Below are positions 17,772-26,017 of a DNA stretch of 64,000 bases, piece by piece (position 1 is the stretch's first letter; each line of letters begins with the position of its first letter). The notes under the pieces were generated by a model that was given only the letters and a program-made list of their open reading frames with translations, had not been told where the DNA came from and did not search any database. The DNA comes from Spirochaetota bacterium (GTDB lineage: Bacteria > Spirochaetota > UBA4802 > UBA5550): NCBI GenBank assembly GCA_963663865.1, contig OY760686.1, positions 384,001 to 448,000 on the forward strand, in the 5' to 3' direction. A program made the position numbers and the translations under genes.

Positions 17772-18209
17772 ATGAAGCATTCAATTCTATTGCTATTAAT
17801 AATACCGGAACTGCTTTTTGGCGGCGTTCTTTCATGCCGTACAGGCCTTGAGCGATATGCTCATGAGAGAATCGAAGGTTTTTATGAAGGCCGTCTGAGG
17901 GTCATAGGCAGATATAAGACAGATTATTATTCTGACAGTGAAAATAATGTAGAACATAAGATGCAGGAGCTCTTAAGGGCAAGGGCAGTAAAAATTATTA
18001 TTGGGCATATCCAGACGCATTATCAGAGCATTATTAATCCATCGGAGATTGAAAAAACAATTATCAGTGCGGTCGATTCCGGTAGAATTGTCTATATAGT
18101 TTCGCTGGGAGAGGATTTTGAAGGGGCTATGGATATTGACGTGAGCGAGGTTCTGAAAAGCCTTGAAGACCAATCAAGTTCAGTTTCGGAGTTAATAAAT
18201 GGTGGATAA
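17772..18209 (+). CDS. Hypothetical protein, possible lipoprotein
   Basis: Hydrophobic leader ending in VLSC. Overlaps the next gene. ATG 17772 (ORF track 17736). Confidence 0.6.
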   Translation: MKHSILLLLIIPELLFGGVLSCRTGLERYAHERIEGFYEGRLRVIGRYKTDYYSDSENNVEHKMQELLRARAVKIIIGHIQTHYQSIINPSEIEKTIISAVDSGRIVYIVSLGEDFEGAMDIDVSEVLKSLEDQSSSVSELINGG

Positions 18210-19044
18210 TACCCAAAACCGGAAAGTCATTACTGGTGACGGTTCAGTTTCTGTATATATGGGTGAATATGGCGAAACAATGCACACGACCTCGGGGGCA
18301 TACGAGGAGGCATACAGAAAGCATATTTTACCATCTGGGATTTTATCTGTAGAAAAGCCTGTGGTTAGAGTTCTTGATGTCGGTTTTGGGCTGGGTTATA
18401 ACACGCTTTGTCTAATCGAAGAGATGCGTAAGCTGAAACGAAAGACTGGTATTGAAATAGTCGGCCTTGAATACGACAGGTCATATTCTGATATTATCAA
18501 CAGTATATCCTTCAGTGATTCCAGAGAAACAATTTACAGAAGTATTAAGAGCTTATTCGTAGACGGTTATGTTGAGGATGATAACTGGTCGGCAGTGATT
18601 GTGTTTGAAGACGCGAGAAAGAGTGTTCATACTTTAGAAGGTCAGCTTTTTGACGCAGTATTTCACGATCCTTTTTCCCCTTCGAAGAATCCCGAACTAT
18701 GGACTGTAGAATTTTTCAGAAAGATTGCTTCTATGATGAATGATAACGCGGTCTTGACCACTTACTCAAGCGCTTTTCAGATAAGAAGGGCCATGTTTGA
18801 GGCTGGTCTCAATATAGGCAGGGCGCCGTCTTCCGGGCCTAAAAAGGAGGGGACAGCGGCGTCGAAATCCACACTGAAGGACCAGTTTGCTGAGCCTGAA
18901 ATTATTAGCCTGCTTTCTGAAATCAAGTCCACGCCCTACAGAGATACAGAGTTTTCGGATAGCAGAGAAAGCATTCTTGCCCGAAGGCTCGCGGAGATGG
19001 CGGAGCAAAGGGCTATAGCAGGTCTTCAAGCTCATCGAAAATAG
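18199..19044 (+). CDS. mnmD: MnmC/MnmD-family SAM-dependent methyltransferase (tRNA mnm5s2U34)
   Basis: TGDGS..Y.E.MH...GA.EEA, LDVGFGLGYN, HDPFSPSKNPELW and LTTYS. Confidence 0.85.
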   Translation: MVDNTQNRKVITGDGSVSVYMGEYGETMHTTSGAYEEAYRKHILPSGILSVEKPVVRVLDVGFGLGYNTLCLIEEMRKLKRKTGIEIVGLEYDRSYSDIINSISFSDSRETIYRSIKSLFVDGYVEDDNWSAVIVFEDARKSVHTLEGQLFDAVFHDPFSPSKNPELWTVEFFRKIASMMNDNAVLTTYSSAFQIRRAMFEAGLNIGRAPSSGPKKEGTAASKSTLKDQFAEPEIISLLSEIKSTPYRDTEFSDSRESILARRLAEMAEQRAIAGLQAHRK

Positions 19045-20800
19045 TTTTGTCAGCGGTGTCGTCCGCGGGGCTGTCCTGTCCGGTTCTTTCCTGTACGGCC
19101 TTTTCTATAACGGCCTTCTCTTCATCGTTGCTTTTTTCAAGGGAGCCGTATAGGTCACCTCCGGGTGAAAGCCTGTAGATAAAGGCGGCGGCATAGGCTG
19201 CAGTGTCGGCAAGGGCTTCATATATTTTTGTGCCTGCCATCTTCTTCTTGCCCTCAATGTTGTCTTCAAATTCAAGAACATCCTGCGGGTTCGAGATGTA
19301 CTTCTGTGACGTGTCCATGTCGTTGATGAGTTCCTGAAGAGCGGCAAGAAGCATAGCCATAAAGCTGTATACGGAATTTCTGGCGGTTTTAGCCGCAGAA
19401 ACCTTTCTGTCATTCAGCTCTTTAAGCCTTTGAGTGTAGGAGATGTATTGGCCGCTGTTAAGCGGTTTTTCGCCTTTGGCCTTTTCGTAATCCCTGTAGA
19501 TGTCCGAGTAGTCTTTAAGCGTATCCCACGGCTTACGCATCATGTTGTACATGTCCTGAAGTCTCTGTCTGAAGCCGGTTTTGTCGCCTCTTGAATAATC
19601 CGGATTAAAAGTAATTTTGTTTGTTGTTAGTATAAAAGAGTATTCTTTTTCAAATTCTGAAAAAAGAAGAAAACAGAGATAAACTTTGTCGGATATGTCG
19701 ATTCCTTCAAACTGTTTAGACCTGTCATACTCCTGCTTAAGAGATCTGTAATCGAGACGGTACATTAACTGCAGGCCGCGCTTTACATCGGGATCGAGCT
19801 GGTCTTCTTCTTCCACTGACTCGGAAGGTGAAACGGCGGGGTCAGGCGACTGAGATTCGGATTCCTGCTGCTTCAGTTGAGCGGTCCGTTTGCCTGGTTT
19901 TGCCTCTTCAGAGATGCCCAGGATGTCATAAACAAATTTTAAAATGAGTGGTGAAGTATTTCCTTCATACCGGCAGAGCAGCCAGAGGAGTTTTGGATAA
20001 AGCTTGTTGAAAATAATGAAGAGGTCTTTTTTGACCTTTTTTTTGTTTGAAGAGGATTCAGAACCTTTTTTCTTTTCGATGGAATCCAGAAAATTAAGGG
20101 CTTTAATGTATGAATTGAGTATCGTATTCTCATAGGGCTTTAGAACGGCAAGTTTTTTTAGTACCGTCATTAGCGGTTCTCTAAACTCGCTAAGCCGCTT
20201 TGGCACGTCAGGGAATTGCTGATAAGGTTCGACAATGCGGTCAATCAGCATTTTATCATAAACATCGCCGGTCATCTGCAGGAGTTCATAGAATAAAGGA
20301 TTTTGCTTATCCAGCCTGTTAATTACACGCCTTGATGTGTCAGTGTTTCGTACGAATACGTCCATGAAGATGATTTGAAGTTCCATCAAGGCTGGCTTAT
20401 ACACATTCAGAAAGTGATTGAGAAATACAGGATTAAGGTACTTTCCTCCTCCGCGGGCAATTTTCATAAACCGCAGGTGGAGGGAGATGCTGATTTTTTC
20501 CCAGAATCCGGCTTTGCCGGTTCCTGCCTGTTGCGTGGTCATTGTACTGTTGGCTTTACGTGAGGTTTTATCAGTATTCGCCTCGGCACGCTGCCGTCGC
20601 TGGTGCTCCTCAATTCGCCTCGTGTAGCTTGTCTGTTTATCGCGGTCAATTATCAGGGCCTTTCTACGGGTTTTTGAGGGAGATATTACCTCGCCGCCTG
20701 CGGACACAAAGTCATTGAAGAGTTTTTTTCTGCTCTCTTCATCTATCCTGTCAACACGGATATTCTCTTTCGTTTTATCGACTTCACCCATTGTAACCAA
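19013..20800 (-). CDS. Hypothetical all-helical cytoplasmic protein
   Basis: 595-aa ORF with host-like composition. No family recognised. Start is TTG 20800 or ATG 20791. Confidence 0.8.
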   Translation of the reverse strand: MVTMGEVDKTKENIRVDRIDEESRKKLFNDFVSAGGEVISPSKTRRKALIIDRDKQTSYTRRIEEHQRRQRAEANTDKTSRKANSTMTTQQAGTGKAGFWEKISISLHLRFMKIARGGGKYLNPVFLNHFLNVYKPALMELQIIFMDVFVRNTDTSRRVINRLDKQNPLFYELLQMTGDVYDKMLIDRIVEPYQQFPDVPKRLSEFREPLMTVLKKLAVLKPYENTILNSYIKALNFLDSIEKKKGSESSSNKKKVKKDLFIIFNKLYPKLLWLLCRYEGNTSPLILKFVYDILGISEEAKPGKRTAQLKQQESESQSPDPAVSPSESVEEEDQLDPDVKRGLQLMYRLDYRSLKQEYDRSKQFEGIDISDKVYLCFLLFSEFEKEYSFILTTNKITFNPDYSRGDKTGFRQRLQDMYNMMRKPWDTLKDYSDIYRDYEKAKGEKPLNSGQYISYTQRLKELNDRKVSAAKTARNSVYSFMAMLLAALQELINDMDTSQKYISNPQDVLEFEDNIEGKKKMAGTKIYEALADTAAYAAAFIYRLSPGGDLYGSLEKSNDEEKAVIEKAVQERTGQDSPADDTADKTIFDELEDLL

Positions 20801-21028
20801 CTCTTAATGCAATATTACTCCAAGCTAAAAAAAACATCTTGTTGACTGTAAAAGTATCAGGCCCCGGGTTATCAACGCTGCAAAATCCAGGCAAATTCAT
20901 GCTCACATTAGAGGAGATAACCGTCAATCAAAGCCCATGTAATAATTTAGGTAATTAATGCGCAGTGTGTCAATTAAATATGGAGTAATTAAAGGGGTTT
21001 TATTTTTTTTTGCAAACCCGCCCGGGCT

Positions 21029-21066
21029 GATTATTGTCTGGGAGAAATAATTCTCTTACAATAATC
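21029..21066. terminator. Imperfect hairpin downstream of the ABC operon
   Basis: Outer arms GATTATTGT/ACAATAATC with an inner GAGAA-ataa-TTCTC stem, 30 nt after the ATPase stop. Confidence 0.45.
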
Positions 21067-21095
21067 TGGAAGCAGTGGTTGTTTAATGTATTATT

Positions 21096-21758
21096 TTATC
21101 GGTGCCGTGATTCAATCCTTGCGTCCTTGATCGAATAGACCACAGAGGAAGACTTAACAAGCCTGCTGTCATGTGTAGCAGCGACGGTAGTAATTCCGCG
21201 TTCTTCTTTAAGGCGGATAAAAAGGTCAATAATATCTTTTGCCGTTTTGAGATCCAGATTGCCGGTGGGCTCATCGGCAAGAATAATTTTAGGCTTATTT
21301 ATAACAGCTCTTGCAATGGCAACTCTCTGTCTTTCTCCGCCGGACAGGGTTGCAGGAAGCTGGTTGATGATAGGGCGTATCCCCAGCAAATCTATTAATT
21401 CTTCAATTTCCTTTTTAATCTGTTTTCCGGAGTGTATGTTGAGAGACGCAGGATATAAAATGTTCTGATACGCCGTCATCTCCGGGAAGAGATTAAAAAA
21501 CTGAAAAACAAAGCCAATGGTCCGGTTTCTGAATCTTGCTCTCTTCAAATCGCCCCACCTGGAAATGTCTTTGCCCTCGTATAATACACTTCCGCACATG
21601 GGCTTTAAAAGCCCGGATACAATGCCAAGAAGAGTGCTTTTGCCGGAGCCTGATTTTCCGGTTATGGATATTAACTGGTTTTCGGCAATATCGAAGGAAA
21701 CGCTGTCGAGAATTGTTCTGTTACCGTACTTTACAGTGATGTCCTTAAGGTTAAACAT
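21096..21758 (-). CDS. ABC ATP-binding protein (LolD/MacB-N family)
   Basis: GKSGSGKST, IGFVFQFFNL, LSGGERQR and ADEPTGNLD. Confidence 0.95.
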   Translation of the reverse strand: MFNLKDITVKYGNRTILDSVSFDIAENQLISITGKSGSGKSTLLGIVSGLLKPMCGSVLYEGKDISRWGDLKRARFRNRTIGFVFQFFNLFPEMTAYQNILYPASLNIHSGKQIKKEIEELIDLLGIRPIINQLPATLSGGERQRVAIARAVINKPKIILADEPTGNLDLKTAKDIIDLFIRLKEERGITTVAATHDSRLVKSSSVVYSIKDARIESRHR

Positions 21759-21775
21759 AAAAAACTCCGGATGAA

Positions 21776-23065
21776 TTATTTCCCAATACTTTTAAACAGA
21801 TTTTTATTTGATGCAAACAGAGCAGGCAGAAAAGCTGATGCCATTGAGATTCCGATGGATAATATTGCCGCATAAACAAATAATCCTTCTGCCTGAGGTT
21901 TCAACACGATTTCCTTGAGAGAGGGAACCCATTCTCCTAATGTCGAAGAAAAGAAAGAGGTCAGCTTAAGCCCGGCAAAGTATCCGGCTGAGCCGTGGAC
22001 GGCGCCGATTAACGCGGCTTCAAACAGAAAGGACAGGACAATTCTGAATTTTGAAACTCCAATAACCCTTTTAAGGGAGATATCATAAGTACGGTTGTAC
22101 ACAATGACAAGGTAGGAATTGAAAATCGATATCACTGTCAGGAGCAGAAGAACAGCTCCAACGGCAATAGACATGCCGTCAATAATTGACATCGCCCTGT
22201 TGGTTTTATCAGAGACATCGCTTTGAGACTCAACATCAAGTCCAAGTTTCTTTATTCTCGCAGTTACCTCCGGAAGCTTCTTTATATCCTTAACCTCCGC
22301 GTAAAGTCTTATGTAAGAAAAGCCCGATCCGCCGCCTGGTCGTGATACTGAATTTTTCTTCTCGAATGAGGTAATGAAGTCCATGGGTACAATCAACCCC
22401 GGAACATCAAGGTCTCCCGTAACAGCATGAAGGGTTGCGCTTATTGGCAGACGTTTCTCGTCTTTGCTGTTTTCATTCTCTGTTGTGACAAGTATTGTTC
22501 CCGGAAGCCCCCGAAGGGTTTTGGGAGCGAACTGAGGCAGACCGATCTGTGAGGCATAGTTGTTGAGCAGTTGAAGGCCGAACTGAGGCAGTATTATCGG
22601 AAGTGGGTACCGGTCTGAGAATACCTTCCAGTTGTCGATCCTTCCGCGGAAGAAAGACCTGTCCGCGGCATAGACGGGTATTCGTCTTGTCTGAGATTTA
22701 CCCAGCATCGAGACCCTGAGGCGTGTAGTGTAGTTCATGACGGCAATACGCTGAACAGACGAAACTTCGCTCATATTGCGTACGGTATTATACTGCCTCC
22801 ATGAAATAATGTTACCTGAATGTTCGCCGTATGTGAAAGCACCCGTTTTCTTGGCCGCTGCCGGGTTAATAATTATTTCATTGATAGCGAGTTTGCCGAA
22901 AAGGTTCTCGCCAATGTATTGCTTGACTCCTTCGCGGAGAGAGATATATAGAACAGTGAAGGCTATCAGAAACATAATGCCGAAACTTGAAAAAAGGGCT
23001 TTAACTATGTTTCTGGAAATGTCATGTGCCGTAAAATATATATTTCTTAGGATGTATCGGATCAT
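21776..23065 (-). CDS. ABC permease (MacB/FtsX family)
   Basis: TM1, a large periplasmic domain, then three C-terminal TMs with RTYDISLKRVIG..FLFEA. Confidence 0.88.
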   Translation of the reverse strand: MIRYILRNIYFTAHDISRNIVKALFSSFGIMFLIAFTVLYISLREGVKQYIGENLFGKLAINEIIINPAAAKKTGAFTYGEHSGNIISWRQYNTVRNMSEVSSVQRIAVMNYTTRLRVSMLGKSQTRRIPVYAADRSFFRGRIDNWKVFSDRYPLPIILPQFGLQLLNNYASQIGLPQFAPKTLRGLPGTILVTTENENSKDEKRLPISATLHAVTGDLDVPGLIVPMDFITSFEKKNSVSRPGGGSGFSYIRLYAEVKDIKKLPEVTARIKKLGLDVESQSDVSDKTNRAMSIIDGMSIAVGAVLLLLTVISIFNSYLVIVYNRTYDISLKRVIGVSKFRIVLSFLFEAALIGAVHGSAGYFAGLKLTSFFSSTLGEWVPSLKEIVLKPQAEGLFVYAAILSIGISMASAFLPALFASNKNLFKSIGK

Positions 23066-23297
23066 GGCTGTCTCCGTGGATGGGGCATTTTTGTCTCTTC
23101 TTTCCTTTCAAAGGAAGCCAATATAGAGAGCAGTCAACAATTTTTTAGAGTCAGATTTCGGCTTATTCGAGACTGGGCATTAGGACATTAAACTGAAGAG
23201 AAAATTGCTTGATTAAGATATTTTAAAGTAAAGAAATAAAGGATATAAATATCGTTATATATCAGTGCTGTCTGATATATCGAAAACAGGAGAAAAC

Positions 23298-25430
23298 ATG
23301 ACAGGTTTATCATATATATCACAGTTGCTAATCGTCACGCTGGGCCTTTTCGGCGGTGAGCCCGGTCCTAAGAAGCTTGTGATATCCAGCCCGGCTGAAA
23401 TATCACCTGATGTCATGCCGATTTCTGAAAAAATGATTCTTGAGTCGCAGAAGGACAGGGCTGATCATGTCAGAATCACTTCCCTGCCTGAGAATACCGT
23501 TCTCAGGCACAGAGAAAACTATTCTGAGTACCAGCTTGCACGGAAAAACGGAAGAACGCATAGCGTAATAACTGTCAATTCGGCGAACAGTTTTAAGCAA
23601 ATATTCACCTGTAGAGAAGATGGGATGTCAGGCCTATCGTTCAAAATTGACGGCTCAGGTCGGGACAGCGGGCTTTTTGTGTTCAGACTTACAGACTCGA
23701 TCGGAGGAAACACTGTTTACCATGAAGTATTCAAAGCGCATGGGGCTCCAGGGGGGACAGTTAGCTTTTATTTCACGCCGCAGCTTCAATCGGAGGACAG
23801 AAGCTACACTGCTGAGATAGAGGCATCAAAGCTTAATCCCGAAGCGGAGATATATGTTCGCTACTCGTATGGGAATACAAGCGGAGCAAGGCTCAGTTCG
23901 GGGTCAAAGTTTGTTCAAGGGTCGGCGCTTATGAGCATTCAGTACCTTGAAGAAGTTAAGTTTTACACAGAAACGTCTGGTGAGAGGAGCGAAGGTATTG
24001 ATGTCAGCACTGAGTATGTCCTGTTGAACGGAGTCAAGCCGGGTAGCAGCAGCATATCAAGAATGCTTTTGTATTCGGTGGATAAAGGCAGACCTGTTTA
24101 CGCCTGCGATATAAAGACGCTGACAGAGAGCGATGCGAACAAATCTCTTTGCGGAATGATGGGAATTATTTCAGGATATGCCTCAGGAGCATCCTTCCCC
24201 GGAATAGGGTCTGTTCAGGCTTCATCAGGCGACTCAGCAGGCGATGTTTTTATAACATGGAAAGCAGAATCGGATTCAGATTTCAGCTGTATTCTTTACA
24301 GGTCGTCATCTTTCGACGGACCTTATGAGGCGATTGGAAGCAGCACTTCTTCGAGTTATATAGACAGGTCGGCAGGCAGCGGAAAATGCTGGTGGTATAG
24401 GATTCAGCCGATACGGGGAAGTGTTTCGGGAAACCCGGCTGGCCCATTCCTGGGTTACGCCAATATTATCCCCAAAAAAACAATAACTCTCGATGGGATT
24501 ATATCAGAAAAAAATAAAAAACCATCCGTTCCGGAGTCGGAAATAGAAAGGCGCAGAGAAAAAAGGATGATTAGTTTTCTCAATGAGTACCTTTTCGGCA
24601 GCATAAAAATGAGAATACTCATGTTTACAGCCTCACCATACCTTTCCAGACCTGAAGCCATAATTGTGAAGGGGGATGATGACTTCACTCTGGACTTTAA
24701 CTCCCGGACTGTGCAGTTTAAAACTCCGGACCAGAGTGTTCTCGTGTTTCATTCAAAAAAGCTGTTTTCTTTGATTAATAAGGCATCTTCTCTCAATGAA
24801 GTGAAGGAAAAAATAACATTCGGACATAAGGGCAATTTTGCCTCGTTTGAAGCATCAGGCTGGCGTTCCGGGGGGCCTTCATTCAGCTATGTGGAAAAAA
24901 GTTCGGCTGTAATTAAAGTCCCTCTCAGGAAAAGGTACACAAGCCTGACCGGGGAAATAGAATTGATTCCTAACGGAAATCCACTGATTGCTGCCTCTTT
25001 TCTCTCTATCAGCATTAATGGCAGGGTTGTAGAGGACTTGCGGGTGTTCGGAAAGAACAGGATTCGATTTACTGTTAACGGCTTGGCCGATGAAGAAGCC
25101 CTTTTACTTGAGTTTGGCTTTGACAAAAAGGCTCTTGCCGCGGGGCACAAACCGGTAAAGGTTAGAACCCTTTCTCTTATAAGCACTTTAAATGATGAAC
25201 CTCTAATTAAACGGCTGATCGCCAACGGTTTTTTCTTCGGAATTCACGAGGGGTATATTCAGGAACCACAGGAGGGGGGAACTCTTAATCTGTTACCTGT
25301 AATAAAATCCGCGGGTCTTGTCACCCAGTTTTACAGGGATTCGAAAGAGTGGAGATCGGAAGCTCTGGTTTTTAGCTCCGGAGATAAAGAACTTGTTAAA
25401 AAGTTGAAAAAGATGAAGGAGGACAACTGA
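23298..25430 (+). CDS. Exported modular beta-sandwich protein with a fibronectin-III-like domain
   Basis: N-terminal hydrophobic leader and FN3-like VFITW...ILYRS...GPYEAI...SYID...WWYRI. ATG 23298 follows AGGAG (ORF track 23265). Confidence 0.7.
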   Translation: MTGLSYISQLLIVTLGLFGGEPGPKKLVISSPAEISPDVMPISEKMILESQKDRADHVRITSLPENTVLRHRENYSEYQLARKNGRTHSVITVNSANSFKQIFTCREDGMSGLSFKIDGSGRDSGLFVFRLTDSIGGNTVYHEVFKAHGAPGGTVSFYFTPQLQSEDRSYTAEIEASKLNPEAEIYVRYSYGNTSGARLSSGSKFVQGSALMSIQYLEEVKFYTETSGERSEGIDVSTEYVLLNGVKPGSSSISRMLLYSVDKGRPVYACDIKTLTESDANKSLCGMMGIISGYASGASFPGIGSVQASSGDSAGDVFITWKAESDSDFSCILYRSSSFDGPYEAIGSSTSSSYIDRSAGSGKCWWYRIQPIRGSVSGNPAGPFLGYANIIPKKTITLDGIISEKNKKPSVPESEIERRREKRMISFLNEYLFGSIKMRILMFTASPYLSRPEAIIVKGDDDFTLDFNSRTVQFKTPDQSVLVFHSKKLFSLINKASSLNEVKEKITFGHKGNFASFEASGWRSGGPSFSYVEKSSAVIKVPLRKRYTSLTGEIELIPNGNPLIAASFLSISINGRVVEDLRVFGKNRIRFTVNGLADEEALLLEFGFDKKALAAGHKPVKVRTLSLISTLNDEPLIKRLIANGFFFGIHEGYIQEPQEGGTLNLLPVIKSAGLVTQFYRDSKEWRSEALVFSSGDKELVKKLKKMKEDN

Positions 25431-25441
25431 TCAACTTTTTC

Positions 25442-26017
25442 TTACCCGGCTGAAGAATATTTCTTTTGTCTGAAAATCCTGTAGTTGTAGAAAAGCCTTC
25501 CGAGACAGGCTGCCTGAACAGCGAATTTGGAAAGGGTCAAAGAAAAAACCGTTTTTACGGTCAGGTCAGACAAAAGACCTTTATTTATAATAAGAATGTG
25601 CATAGAGTTTTCAGCCCAGTCGAGCAGCATTCCAATAAAGGGAAGTGCCAGAAAGATATAATCAGTCCGGTTGGGAGAAAAGTCAGGGCTTTTTCTTTTA
25701 GCGTAGTGTGCTGTAGCTGTTGCAAAAAGCAGCGCCAGGAAAAAGGCAAGGAAAAAGTCTATACGCAGGACCCTGAAATAAAGATCTGTTCCTGTTCGGC
25801 CCCAGGTTTCCAGAATATGAGCAAAGCTTGATGAAGAATGCGCCAGAAGCAGGTTTATCGAATTAAGCCCTCCGGAGAAGTCCTGCTCAATCCTTGAAGT
25901 GAGAAAGAAGCCCGCAGCGGTTCCCGCGAGAGATGCTACCACGGCATGGAGAGAGGACATGTTGAGGTAAAGCCTTTTAAGATTCATTTTAACCTCATTC
26001 AGCGGCCGAATCGCCAA
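25442..26017 (-). CDS. Hypothetical membrane protein (about 4 TM)
   Basis: Hydrophobic segments and ..LDWAEN.. motif. Overlaps the upstream gene. Confidence 0.7.
   Translation of the reverse strand: MAIRPLNEVKMNLKRLYLNMSSLHAVVASLAGTAAGFFLTSRIEQDFSGGLNSINLLLAHSSSSFAHILETWGRTGTDLYFRVLRIDFFLAFFLALLFATATAHYAKRKSPDFSPNRTDYIFLALPFIGMLLDWAENSMHILIINKGLLSDLTVKTVFSLTLSKFAVQAACLGRLFYNYRIFRQKKYSSAG

Noticed and set aside
20867-20922. TTATCAA...AGATAA resembling SAM-I riboswitch P1 on the plus strand
   Set aside because: The interior is too short, the GAGGGA and GCAACC cores are absent, and the orientation is opposite to the downstream gene. Kept only as an unclassified structure.
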